Of a DNA stretch of 64,000 nt, positions 37,547 to 49,377 are shown one piece after another. The notes beneath the pieces are model-generated. The model was not told where the DNA came from, did no database searches, and saw only the letters and a list, made by a program, of their open reading frames with translations. Where the stretch lies: contig BAAIJX010000009.1 of NCBI GenBank assembly GCA_054600435.1, forward strand, positions 1-64,000. The letters run 5' to 3'. The stretch's first letter is position 1; each line of letters opens with the position of its first letter. The stretch comes from Neophaeotheca triangularis. Lineage: Eukaryota. A program made the translations under genes and the position numbers.

Positions 37547-39236
37547 GGGGATTCTTTCGCCGGGTGGGAAGGCGGACGGTGGATGGGAGGTTCCGCGTAC
37601 GATGGACAAGCCGCAATTACTCGACGCCTCTGGAGTTTTTGCACAACAGCGACGTTGCCGCTATGGCGACGGGGGTTCGCTCACGGATGGTGGGTAGCGC
37701 TGGATTGCGGCCGAACTCGGGGCCTGTACATCGGCACGAGGCTCGCCATGCTATGGACGGATAGATGAGATTCACGCGACTGCACCGTACTGAGTTTCCA
37801 CGGGAAACAAGCGCTTAAGGTTGGGCATGAGGCACAAGAGGAGGCACAGACAGACGCCGGATCCCAGATAGGCGATACATTGGCGGCACAAGACACAGCA
37901 AATATCGAGCCTGCCAACGGCGGATGCTCAGACGGAGCTACGAAAGCAAGGTTGTATGATGAAGCATACAAGAAACGACATTGATCCCATTGCTTCTACA
38001 AGCCACGATCTGCTCAGAACGAAGATGTGCTCAGAACAAACCACACGCTAGGGCACATACATTCTTCGGCTTTCGGATCGTGGCGCTCATTCAATTCTTA
38101 CAATACGCGCCGAGATGTTTTTTGACTCCGTTACTCGCCGGGGACGCGCTCGGGATGAAGCTTTTGTGGTCGCGGAAAAGCTAGATATGGTGCAGCACGG
38201 GCTTCACGATCTCTAGAACACATAATGTGTTGCCTTCCTAACCTATGCCAAGAACTCATGCAAGCAAGAGAGTGCATACAGGGCCGGGCCTTCGGGAACC
38301 TAAGGCGCGAGTATCTAGTAGGCTCTTCCAGACCAGCATACCATCACGTATCTCATAACGCCGCCACGAGGTAGCGTGCGTAGTTGAGATAATCCTTTCA
38401 AGTTGGACTTGGTCTAGGCCGCAGTTGCGCAGGCGAGGACCAAACAATATGGGTCATGGCCCTTTGAAGGTTGGCGTCGATCATATAGACTCCTCAACCC
38501 ACCCTCACACGCATGATACGTCTGAGCATTTGTCGTCTCGCCATCGACGCCTATTAGCCTCCGTTAAGAGGCGGAGTATAAGCGGATATCCACACGCTTG
38601 AATTTCATTTGAACACGGGTCCAGGCCCCGGTGCTCGCCGTATCATCAAGTAATGCCTTTAGAAGTTCAAAGCAGATGACTCAACGACCTTTAATTCATC
38701 GGATATCCGCCTGGAACCTACCCTGCATTGCCTCCAGCCTCTGGGTATCGACACTATGCACGAAGTCATGTTCGTGTCTTGGCATTCCTCGAGTGGTCAG
38801 CCGGAGGATGCGGTTCCTCCTTCTTATCGCATCTATATCTTCGTATCGCATCTATATGGGCGAATTGGAAACGGTTGGTCTGGTAAAGCCTGCTGCAACA
38901 TTACACGTCGAAGCTTCTACACTTTGCTCAATGGGAGACGAGTATGAGCGCGACGAGAAGCTTTTCTCAGCCGCGGCGACGACAACGACACTGGCGAAGG
39001 AATCTTACTAGGTTACTAGCAAGGCGGTGCAAACGTGGCGAGCTCTAGTGGTCCCGAGATGCTAAATGATCCGCGGGCGCTGGGAGAAATCGAGCTGAGA
39101 AGTTTTGAGGAAAGGTAGCCTTCCCGGGAGGTGCCTCCTGGGTAAAAAAATGTTAGAGTTGCCACGCCATCAAGGTGTTCCTTAGGCGTTCCGCATACAA
39201 AAGAACCATCGATCTTGCGCTTTCGCCCTTCTCTCT

Positions 39237-39683
39237 CTAGCCTCTCGCCATCTCCCGCAAGGCCTCCATGGCAATGTCAACGACATCCACAGGTACGAAA
39301 AGATGATCGTGAAAGTACGCGCTCACGGGGTTTACGCTGAGCCCCTTCTCGGCCAATCGCTCTGTGATCACTTTCATGAATCCGACGGCCTCTAGACTTG
39401 AATATACGTTCAAGGTGATCATTCTCGACAAGAAGGAACTGGTTGTCGACTCCGGGAGTTGCGTGTCTCGGGGAAGAATAGCCGTCCACCCTTCAGCTTC
39501 TTGAAACAACATTTGGACCTTTGCCTCGCCTAGGATCCGGGCAACATGACCAAAGGAAAGACTTTTGTCTTCGAAGGAGACCCAAAAGAAGGTGTCCGGG
39601 TGCAGGGAAGGGCTCATGGTCTTGAGGAGTTCGGATACGTCTTTGCCGCCAGGCGGGCCTTGGTGCTGTCTTTGTTCGGCCAT
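39237..39683 (-). CDS. Small ACT-domain protein (DUF2241-like)
   Basis: G.KD..ELLKTMSPSLH N-terminus and ITLNVYSSLEAVGF...SVNPVSAYFHDHLFVP, characteristic of this family. Intronless. Confidence 0.85.
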   Translation of the reverse strand: MAEQRQHQGPPGGKDVSELLKTMSPSLHPDTFFWVSFEDKSLSFGHVARILGEAKVQMLFQEAEGWTAILPRDTQLPESTTSSFLSRMITLNVYSSLEAVGFMKVITERLAEKGLSVNPVSAYFHDHLFVPVDVVDIAMEALREMARG

Positions 39684-40092
39684 GATGAATAAGACGAGGC
39701 ACAGCTATCTTTCGGCCGACGGCTATCCGATGGATGGTTTGTGTCTGAGGCGTTGGTAAGGTAGCGGATGTTCTTGATGAGATTGCCACTTACCTTACCC
39801 CTCTGTGCCCCTCTTTCCAAAGCCCGAGGGCGATGCCATGTGTCCGAGCTCCATCCGTCACTGCCCCGCACATCCCCACCGTACCAGGGCAACGACATGT
39901 CAACTCACAACCGTCACCGAGGTCAAGGCCACCTGCACGTCCACGGACAGGCATGATTATAGTACGCAGTCGCCAAGGTAGGGTAGTATCAACCACTTTT
40001 CTTCTTCTCATCCGTCTCGTCTTTCTACCTCTCAACCTCGAAATAATTCATCTGGACTCAACAGCACAACCGGCAGCTTCAGACTAGACAAC

Positions 40093-41290
40093 ATGGCAGA
40101 CCTACCAAAGACCTACAAGGGCTGCGTTTACGATGAGCCAGGCAAGATCTCGACCAAGGTCGTCGACCTCGACATGCCTGAACCCGGCGCCGGCGAGGTC
40201 CTGATCAACCTGTATGTGTCGCGCACCTCTTTCGACGTTCTAGTAGCTCCAGCTCACCCTTATCAAGCTCGCACTCAGGCGTCTGTCACTCGGATCTGGG
40301 TATCATGACGAATACCTGGAAGGCTCTCCCAGCTCCAACAGCAGCAGGACAGGTCGGGGGTCACGAAGGTGTTGGCAAAATTGTCAAAATGGGCGCCGGA
40401 ACTGAAAAAGCGAACGTCAAGGTCGGGGACCGTGTTGGTATCAAATGGATCTCTGCTATATGTGATAGCTGCCCTGCATGCCTGGCAGGCTACGATGGAA
40501 CTTGCTTCAATCAGAAGGTGAGTTTGACCCCTGCGAAAAACCAGATACCATGGCGCTGACCATCCCTCTTTTGCCCTAGGTCTCCGGCTACTACACCCCA
40601 GGCACCTTCCAGCAGTACGTTTGCGGCCCGGCAAACTACGTGACCCCGATCCCCGACAACTGTCCCTCCGACGCCGCAGCCCCCATGCTCTGCGCAGGTG
40701 TGACGTGCTACGCAGCTTTGAAGAAATCTGGAGCCCAGGCCGGCGATTTTGTGGTCCTGCTAGGCGCAGGAGGTGGACTTGGTCATTTGGCTGTACAGAT
40801 CGCCGCACGAGGCATGGCTATGCGCGTCATCGCCATCGACGCCGGGAGCAAGAAAGACATTGCAATGGAGTGCGGCGCCGAAGTCTTCATCGACCACACC
40901 TCGCAAAACGCCGAAGAGGAGGTCAAGAAAGCCACTGGAGGCTTAGGCGCGCAAAGCGTGCTCGTGTTGACCGCAGCCAACGGCGCATATGCTTCATCAA
41001 TGTCGCTGTTGAAGTTTGGCGGTACCATGGTTTGCGTCGGTCTGCCTGAGGGCGATCTGGTCCCGATTCAGTCCGCTTTCCCGCAAGTCATGGTCGCCAA
41101 GGCACAGAACATCCGTGGCTCGGCTGTGGGCAACCGCAAGGAGGCTATCGAGACTTTGGAAATGATGGAGAGGGGCGTGCTCAAGACCCATTTCAGAACG
41201 TGCGGGATGAGCGAGCTGACTAGCGTATTTGAGGAGATGCACCGCGGGGAGATGAAGGGTAGAGTTGTTTTGGACTTGAATAAGGAGTAA
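40093..41290 (+). CDS. Zinc-dependent medium-chain alcohol dehydrogenase; introns 40212-40267 and 40518-40579
   Basis: SGVCHSDL, GGHEGVG, structural-Zn Cys cluster CDSCPAC..C, AAPMLCAGVT, GAGGGLG, GRVVLDL. Confidence 0.95.
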
Positions 41291-41398
41291 GAAGAATGGG
41301 TGTCATTGTATCAACGAGCGCATGAAATTCTTTAGCTAATGCCCGCAACGTATGTCAAATTCCTGATCACCAGCCTGCAACTCCAAAGAGTGGACGGT

Positions 41399-42466
41399 CT
41401 AACCTTCTTGGCTCATATCTTCGAGTCCTTGACCGTCAACCCACCGCTTCAAAGACAAAAGCGAATCGGACGAATTCTTCGCGCCCGGCGTACGCTCGTC
41501 GACCGGGCCCGCGACCACGGGCTCTTCGCCAAGAGTTTCACTGCTAGAACTGCTCTTCAACTCAGAATTGGTAACTTGCAGCAACCCCTCCGTGATGCCC
41601 TCGAGAAAGTTGCTGCCGCCTTCCTCGTCCATAGTCTCTTTCGACAAGACAAGTTCATCCTTGCAAGCTCCCATACCCACGGGTGCTCTCGCTTTTACCT
41701 GCGCATCGACGTGCTCGCTCGCATTCATGAGGCTTGAGACTTCCCGCTTTCCACCTCCCGATAGACCGCGCACTGCATTGTCTAGCCTTGCTGGTGTTTC
41801 CCGAGAACCGAGCAACTCGTCCTCCTCGCCCTGTCCCTCCTCGGACGACGATGACGACGACGCCAGCTCGAAACGAACTTGTCGGCTGCTCCCTCCAGAC
41901 ACCTTGCTCTCTTGCTCACCCTCCCCGTCATCGACGGCCGCGTACACCGGTTCCGAAACTCCGCGCGGTACCCAGCGGGCATCGATGTGCTGGCTTCGGG
42001 AGGCAGGATGGACTTGACCTTCGCAGTCGCTGAGTAGGGCGTCCTCGTCGGAGGCACGGTGGCTGGTCTGGTGCTTGGACTATAAGCAAGAGGAAAACGG
42101 CAACTGCGCGAAGCACTCGTGAAGCCACAGCGACACGGTCTGGCGTTGATGCAGCGGCGACGAGCTCTTGGCGCTCAAGAGCCGGGACGGTTGCTCAGCC
42201 TGCGAGGATGGGCGGGGGCTTGGTTGCTGTGGAGTTTTGGTGTCGGCTTGGGTGGTGCCGTGCTTGCTGGATGAGCTCTTGGCTGTTGGGTCTGGCTTTG
42301 GTGGCTTTGAGACTTGGGCGTCGGCTTGCGTGTACGCGGGCGGGAAGTGTGGACCGTCTTGCAGGGGCGAGGTGACGCCGTAGACTCGGTCGCCGTCGGT
42401 TTGGACTTGCTGGACGTTGATGGGGCCTGTGGGCGAGTGGTCGCGGAGGGGGTGGGTTGTTGACAT
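41399..42466 (-). pseudogene. Orphan ~355-codon reading frame interrupted by one in-frame TAG (42080-42082)
   Basis: ORFs 42080..42466 and 41399..41947 share a frame, and the 44 codons between them are open. Low-complexity Ser/Glu-rich product. Confidence 0.5.
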
Positions 42467-43217
42467 GGCTGCGTGGGAGGCGGGTTGTGTTGGGAAGCAG
42501 TTGTTGGAGCTTTGAAGTGAGTGAGAGTGCTTGAGGGCTTGTTGGTAGTTTGCTGGTGAGTAGATTGCCGAGTACTGAGGTTGCGTCTGTGTCGATGATT
42601 GTTATCGATGGCGATGTGAGCGATGTTCTGTAGTGAATGTTGGCTCTTGGTGATATCGATGGTGCAGTCCGAGAAGTATACTTATACGGATGAAGTGGTG
42701 CTGTACCCGAACCATGGTCAAATGTTGGACGGCATTAACTCCAGTAGTTCTTTCTGCTCACTCTCCTATTGACGACCCTTCACCTTCCTTCCCTAGCAAT
42801 ATTAGATCGTTGCTGCTGCAGTAATGACTTACATGCAGGCTGAGGGCAAGTGTGAGTAGTAAGCAGCGTGGACATTGCCCTTGTATTCAACCAAGACCAA
42901 CACTACTGGCCGGGGAGCAGATTCTTCGTGTAAAAGTCTTCTTAAATCGGACGCCACCCTCAAGCCTCAGTACCAACCAGTATTGACACCCATCATGCAG
43001 ACCCGCCCACACCCTCATATCGTCACTTCGAAGCTTCATCAAGTGTCGAAGCCAACAAGTGGCGAACTCTTCACTCCCTCATCCAGCTGTGGCAAGACTA
43101 GACTAATGTTGCCGTCTTTGCTTCCTACATTCCAACCTACTTTTACAAATCCCTTGAATCTCTGAACGCCTTGCTCGCTTGAACCGCACAGAACATCCCC
43201 AGCAAATGATTCTGGTG

Positions 43218-43889
43218 TTAGATCGCCCTTCCAACATCACTGCCAGTCACAACTCCCACCTCAGTAGCCTTCCCCCCATTTACCCCATCTAAATCATACG
43301 GGCAGCTACTCGCCGCGCATATGCAATCCTCAAGCGCCTCGAACTCAATAAAATCTCCCGGCCTACTACTCCCCAACCTCTTGAGAGAATAATTGGGCGT
43401 ATTCTGGAAAATGTTAAAAGGGTCGGTACATCCGAGAAGGGCACCAGGTAAAGGACAGCCGAGTTCCTCCATGGCCTCGACGATATTCCCCGCGCAACTC
43501 CTGTGCTCACCCTGCTTGAAACCAGCATCAATGTACAGCTTGGGGAAACACGACATGAAGGTCATGTCATGCACATGCACCGTGTCCCTGGTGATTTTGA
43601 GTAGAGGTCTATCGGCGTTGGTCCAGAGGCTCTCGCCGACAGCCGGGGTGGCGCCCGAGAGGTGGTAGCGCGTGTATGCCATTGACACTTTTTCGTGCAG
43701 GGTGTTGTGAGCGTCGTCGACCCAGGCGGCGAAGTCGACGATTTGCTCGCCTTGCAGGTCTACGATGCGGAAGTGCTCGCCTTTGCGGACTTTGAAGGCG
43801 TGGCCGTGGGCGCCTGGGATGCGGTGGACGTGCAGAGTCGTCGTGGCAGGGTCCGATCCGGCATGTGTCGAGTGTTCGGGGAAGGCCAT
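43218..43889 (-). CDS. DUF1989 / urea-carboxylase-associated family protein
   Basis: FRIVDLQGEQIVDF, DTVHVHDMTFMSC, HRSCAGNI, PFNIFQN, SRPGDFIEFEALEDCICAASSCPYD. Confidence 0.88.
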   Translation of the reverse strand: MAFPEHSTHAGSDPATTTLHVHRIPGAHGHAFKVRKGEHFRIVDLQGEQIVDFAAWVDDAHNTLHEKVSMAYTRYHLSGATPAVGESLWTNADRPLLKITRDTVHVHDMTFMSCFPKLYIDAGFKQGEHRSCAGNIVEAMEELGCPLPGALLGCTDPFNIFQNTPNYSLKRLGSSRPGDFIEFEALEDCICAASSCPYDLDGVNGGKATEVGVVTGSDVGRAI

Positions 43890-44711
43890 GTTGAAGTGTA
43901 ATGGCTGGTTTTAGATGTCGTTGGAGATGGTGGAGGGGAAGAGCAAAAGGAGGAGATGGAAGGCGAGGGAGTTTATCTCGCTACATCTGGATGTCTTGCC
44001 AACCAATCGCTACCTTGACTCCTGCAGCAGCTACATACCTCCTACCTTACTGTTGAAGCTCTGGGTAGCTGGAGTGGCCACTACCTAGTACAATACCTAC
44101 CTACCTAACTAAAATGCCCGACTAAATGACGTCGAGTCAGTCAGCCCTGCCCGCCCGCGCCGGGGAGGGCTCGGTTCCTGGCGCGCATTAACGAATGCGG
44201 TCTGAGCCTTGGTAGTGGGAACCCGCCCGCCTTCTACTTATTACTGTATGTACCTATCGAACATTACTAGTAATATCTTGCTTGCTTGCTTGACAGCCCG
44301 AGCACATCACCAGATCGGGCATCGGCAGCAGCGCTCGGCCTGTTGTCCGTTACCAAGTCCACCACCCTGGCGCCCTCATGGAAACCTTTGAAGACGCGCC
44401 TCACCACTAACAAGTCCAAAGACCGTATCTCAGTCCTTCGCTATCTCTTCCCCAACCTCGCCGCCAGAGCTAGGACTCGCCTTGACAACTTCCGTTTCAC
44501 ATATCTACCCGGCCTCAAACACCGCACCCAGTCGCGCATCTACGCTCATATAGTATCACGACAGAAGCGGAAGGAACTCAAGTCCTTGGCCAGGTCAACT
44601 AATAACAAGTCGAGTCGTATTCTTTCTCTCCTCAAACGCCGGGGTGACAGTCGGTTCTGGGGCTTCCGCCCTTTGAAAGATGCAGAGGCTGCTCAAAAGT
44701 CGGCAGAGGAT

Positions 44712-47700
44712 ATGTCTTCTTCTTACGCACAATCAGCTGCTAGCGGGACTTTGGACCAATTGAGGAGCGAGGGCCGGGAACCGGGTGCGAGAAGGAAGAA
44801 GTTGGCAGGATACTTGAAAGCAGCAAATGAATTACGCCAGAGTTATATGCAAGGTGGGGATAGCCATTTCACAAAGGATGGCAATCACGAGGCAAGTGAC
44901 GGGGCATTTCCCGATGCTGCCGTTGTCAGGCATGGCGGGGAGGAAATGATTTTGTTCCCTAGCTACGGGAGGGAACATGTCAAAAGTAAGGTGAGACTGC
45001 ACATCGAAGTGCTGCTGAAGGACAGGATGTTGTTGCTGACGCCCCTCAAGCCCCCTACTGCTGAGCCTGGCACGATACAGGAGGTTTCTGGTACCGGGCG
45101 GGACTACAGAGACACCGTCGGCGCCGGCGATGCAGAGTTTTGGAAGGAACAGTGGGAACGCCATGAGAACGATACGGCTGTTGTCGACGTGGATGTGAGA
45201 GGATGGATATACTGCCCACACAAAGGCCCAACGACACGCAAGCAACGACTTATGATAGGTTTGGCCAGACAGTTATCGGGTATCCCAGCCCCGCCGACTA
45301 CAAAGTCAGCAGACTCCAGCAAATCCAACAGCAGATCATCAAGCCCACAAGCGGGCAGGAGTCCCTCGTCACAAGAGGAGGAGCTTGTAGCTAAGGAAGC
45401 AGATCACATCATGCGCAAAGGAGAGGCTGAAGCAGACATTGCAGGCCGCGGTGGCTTCAGCGAGAGACCTGGGAGAAGGCCAACAGATACTGACAGTCTG
45501 TACAACAACGCCAACAGCTCCAACGAAAGGCTGTCGCACGTGCGAACCAACGACAGCGATTCTACGTACGAGAAACGCACATCCTGGACACAGAGCACCA
45601 AGATGTCTTCGGCGGAGTTGGCAGTGGCTAACGCTCACCTCCTTACCCGTCTGAAACCTTTCATGGCTAACCCTCTAGCCGGACAGGCTGTTTCGGCATT
45701 CTTCTTCAACGACTCCATTTCCCGACAAAGGACAGTCTACACTGACGACTCTGGACACTTCTCATTCCGGGCAGCTCTCGACTTTGAGCCTACACATGTG
45801 CGCATTCTTGGCGGCGAGAAGCTTAGTGCGACGGAAGCAGTGAATATCACCCAGCCTCACGGTGTGAGCTTGATTAGCGACATTGACGATACGATAAAAC
45901 ACTCTGCCATCTCCTCTGGGGCTAGGGAAATCTTTCGTAACGCTTTCACTCGTAACCTCGAAGACTTGACCATTCCGGGGGTCAAGGAGTGGTATACCTC
46001 TCTTGCCGAAGATCATGGCGTCAAACTGCACTACGTGTCCAACTCTCCATGGCAAATGTATCCCATCTTGACAAGTTACTTCAAAATGGCAGGACTGCCG
46101 CCCGGGAGCTTCCATCTGAAGCAGTACACAGGTATGCTTCAAGGTATCTTCGAGCCTGTTGCAGAAAGGAAGAAGAGTAGTTTGGATAAGATCATGCGGG
46201 ACTTTCCAGACAGAAAGTTTCTCTTGGTGGGAGACAGTGGTGAAGCCGATCTCGAAGTTTATACCGATGTCGTCCTGGACAACCCAGGTCGCATTCTTGG
46301 CGTGTTTATTAGAGATGTCACCACGCCACTGAGAAGTGGCTATTTCGACCCCAGCAACGGTGGTAGCAGCGGTACCGGCGGCAAGAGGCATTCTCGAAAC
46401 AACTCCCGAACACATTCGAGGGCTAGAAGCACCGACAGTCTGGCCATGAGCAAAAGACTGAGCCGGCCGGATGACATTCGAGACGACGACGCAGATCTAC
46501 GGGCAGCGATTGCCGCGTCACTTGAAGATATGGAAGAAGAAGCCCGCATGGCTAGGAGGGGAATCAACCCGGATCGTTACGGAGACACCAGGTTTGGCCA
46601 GCAGAGGAGAGGATCAGGTCCAGCAGCACCAGAGGCACATGCAATGGTGCAAAGTCCGGAAGAAGAAGACCTGATAGATTTTGGACAGTACGACGGCGTC
46701 GCAAATGATCAGACCGGCCGACCAAATGCAATGAGAGCAAATACTGCATCTGCTGCAACACTGAAGCCAACGCCCAGTCCACCGCCAAAGCCAAACGTCT
46801 TGCGCAGTGTCTCGCCCTCGGCATCCCTCCAACCAACCATGTCAGGAGATTCAGATTCTTCGAATAAGATGCCTCCGCCTAGACCGAGGAAGCCATCTTC
46901 GGCTGTCAAGCCACCCGCTCCTATAGTCGCGGAGGATGCACCGCCGGTTCCCAAACCCCTTACGAAGCAGCGTAAGGGCCCATCACTGCAACCCCAGCAG
47001 TCGCAAATATCTAACCCGTCTCCCTTGCGAGCGGTCCAACGGCAAGGCTCCCCATCAGCTCAAGGCCCGCCATCGCCAGAAGAGAAGCGTAAGCCGCCCC
47101 TCCCCGTCAGATCGAAAGGCTACCGTGAGACCGCCAAAGACTTGGCGACCCGGGCCTACAACCACGTTCCCGAGTACGAAACCGTAAGAGACGCGGGTTA
47201 CGGTGCCGCGAGCTACGCTCACAGCTTAGTCTCTTCTTCCGATGACTACGCGAGCCCAGCACCCCAAGGCCAACAACTGCGCCAGGGTTCCATGCGTCCC
47301 AACGGCCCCAACCCAAACGAACGCCGCCCCCCTCTCGCACCTCCCCCACCGCGCAGAGCAGGCACAGGCAACAGCGTCCCCGCCCAACCGAGCGCCCTCA
47401 ACCCGCTCCGCGCCAACAGCCCCCGCCTCAACACTCTGCCGAACCCCTCCTCCTCCCTCGCCTCCAATTATCCCTACCCAACATCCTCCGCGGCCAATAC
47501 CAACTCCTCTTTCACCCACCAGCCCGCTCCGCTATCAAGCTACTCTGCGCACTCGAGCCCGAACAGCACGCCCGCTGCTAGTCCTGGCGAGGGTCTGAGT
47601 CGGAAAGAAGCGATGTGGAAGCAGCGGCTTGCGAGGGCTAGGGGGATTATGGATGAGAAGGGAGTCGTGCTGAGGACTTGGCGCGAGGGATGGGAGCTGA

Positions 47701-47783
47701 AGGATTTGTCTGTTAAGTTGGTTGAGGAGGAGGAGAGGAGGATTCAGAGGGAGGGGAAGAGGGGAAGGGGGAGGGGTCAGTGA
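44712..47783 (+). CDS. APP1: App1-like phosphatidate phosphatase (DUF2183) with Pro-rich tail; intron 44991-45050; first in-frame ATG 44712, possible CUG start 44367
   Basis: Catalytic ISDIDDTIK, HYVSNSPWQMY, FLLVGDSGEADLEVY, IFIRDV-like motif; GARRKKLAGYLKAANELRQSY N-terminal block. Confidence 0.9.
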   Translation: MSSSYAQSAASGTLDQLRSEGREPGARRKKLAGYLKAANELRQSYMQGGDSHFTKDGNHEASDGAFPDAAVVRHGGEEMILFPSYGREHVKSKVRLHIEVLLKDRMLLLTPLKPPTAEPGTIQEVSGTGRDYRDTVGAGDAEFWKEQWERHENDTAVVDVDVRGWIYCPHKGPTTRKQRLMIGLARQLSGIPAPPTTKSADSSKSNSRSSSPQAGRSPSSQEEELVAKEADHIMRKGEAEADIAGRGGFSERPGRRPTDTDSLYNNANSSNERLSHVRTNDSDSTYEKRTSWTQSTKMSSAELAVANAHLLTRLKPFMANPLAGQAVSAFFFNDSISRQRTVYTDDSGHFSFRAALDFEPTHVRILGGEKLSATEAVNITQPHGVSLISDIDDTIKHSAISSGAREIFRNAFTRNLEDLTIPGVKEWYTSLAEDHGVKLHYVSNSPWQMYPILTSYFKMAGLPPGSFHLKQYTGMLQGIFEPVAERKKSSLDKIMRDFPDRKFLLVGDSGEADLEVYTDVVLDNPGRILGVFIRDVTTPLRSGYFDPSNGGSSGTGGKRHSRNNSRTHSRARSTDSLAMSKRLSRPDDIRDDDADLRAAIAASLEDMEEEARMARRGINPDRYGDTRFGQQRRGSGPAAPEAHAMVQSPEEEDLIDFGQYDGVANDQTGRPNAMRANTASAATLKPTPSPPPKPNVLRSVSPSASLQPTMSGDSDSSNKMPPPRPRKPSSAVKPPAPIVAEDAPPVPKPLTKQRKGPSLQPQQSQISNPSPLRAVQRQGSPSAQGPPSPEEKRKPPLPVRSKGYRETAKDLATRAYNHVPEYETVRDAGYGAASYAHSLVSSSDDYASPAPQGQQLRQGSMRPNGPNPNERRPPLAPPPPRRAGTGNSVPAQPSALNPLRANSPRLNTLPNPSSSLASNYPYPTSSAANTNSSFTHQPAPLSSYSAHSSPNSTPAASPGEGLSRKEAMWKQRLARARGIMDEKGVVLRTWREGWELKDLSVKLVEEEERRIQREGKRGRGRGQ

Positions 47784-49377
47784 CGGAAGGGGCTTGTGGT
47801 ATGTGGAAGGGCGGTGTGAGTAGTGTATAGCTTGTTTGATTGGAAAAGCTACCCCTTTACGACTGTTGTTTCTTCAAAGAATCTGCTTCACTTACAAAGG
47901 GTGAGGAGGTACCAGACGACAATTTTAGTGGATGACGTGTTGTCGTAGTTCAAAGCATGCTGACAATACAGAGCTTCTCATGCCACACCTGCAGCTGACC
48001 AACAGTACTTGCCGAAGACCACGCTTGCGGTTCCCCCAACATCGACGTCAAATCGCGTCGCTAGAAATATCATCAACAAAGCTAAGTAAGAGAGCGCTTT
48101 CCATGTCTCCTCGCAAGCAAGCAAGAAAGCAAGAAACAAATCTCCCGCCTCCTCTTTCCTCCCCAACCCACACCACGATCACCCCGCCAATCAACCCCTA
48201 CGAAAAGTCCCCACCACATCCCCCCCAACATGCCCGTCCCAGAACCCCACCGCGACCAACAACCCTCACGAGGCGTAACCCTCACAATCCCCCAAAACCT
48301 CCCGCGGTCTCTCTGTCGGATGCCATGACCTCCAGCAGCCCCCGTCCCCACCCTTCTCCAGCAAGCTCTCGAGTCCCTTGACTCCCCGAACCCCGCGCCC
48401 GAGAGCTAGAATGACTAATTCCGCTCCGGCTGTCGCATTGTGTGCTTGCTGCTTTTCACGGCGGTTTATTGGGGTTCCGTCATCCCCGCGGGGGTGGGGG
48501 TGAGTGAGGTTTCGGCGGCGGATGGAGGGGTTGGGGATGCAGCTTATGGGGGAGTGTGAGCGGAGGTTGGAGGGGGACTGGGCTGCGGGCAGGGGGGAGG
48601 GTGATGGTTGGATGGAGGTCTTGGCGGACTGGTTTGGAGGTTGAAGGGGGGGTTTTTTTTTTTTTTCCTCAGGCGCTTGGCTTGAGAGGCGTTTCCATGG
48701 GTGTATGGGTCTCTCGCCGGGGAGTGTTAGAGGTACTCTAGAGAGCGAGTACTCCCAGGCCGTGTGTGGCACTCTCACGCAGACTCTGACCCTAACCCTT
48801 GGCACGGTCTCATTGGCGGGATGCTCGACCGGTGAAGGTCGTGCTGAGCCCTGCTAGGCACGACGCGCCGTGCATGCAGCATCCATGGATCTTCGGCTGA
48901 AGAACGAACGGCTGACATATTCTTAGGTAGACTGCTACGGACTGCCAGCATCTCGCTGCGCAGCTGTGCACCGTGAGTTGCCAGGATGGATGGAAGAGCA
49001 CGCACTTTTCCCCCGGGGAGCAGAATGTCATCTATCACGATACAAGGCCCCTGCCATTCGGCTACTTTTGCTGGCTCCGCAAAGTACACAACGGTACGAT
49101 GAGGCAGCCACGATGCTAGAAATCGCAGGACATCCAACCGGGTATGCTGGTGTCGATGTAAACGTAATACGGAGTTCCTAGAGACGAACGTCAAATCATA
49201 ATTGAACGGGGTTGGGAATGGCATCCATCAAGCCACGGCTTGAAACCTGCAGTCATTGCGTGTAAACATGAAAACTCTGCTACGCTCGCTCGCTACATCA
49301 GTCACCAGTGTTCCTTGTCTCAGTTTGATCCGCCATGGCCTTAAACACGGCCAAGCCACACCTTGTCACTGCCTTGG

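Noticed and set aside
41288..41340. Cryptic PTS1 by stop-codon readthrough in ADH and other enzymes
   Set aside because: The stop contexts I checked are not TGA-CTA, and the extensions I read (ADH, agmatinase, monooxygenase) do not end in a PTS1.
48786..48800. Isolated CCCTAA telomere-like hexamer
   Set aside because: Single unit, no array.
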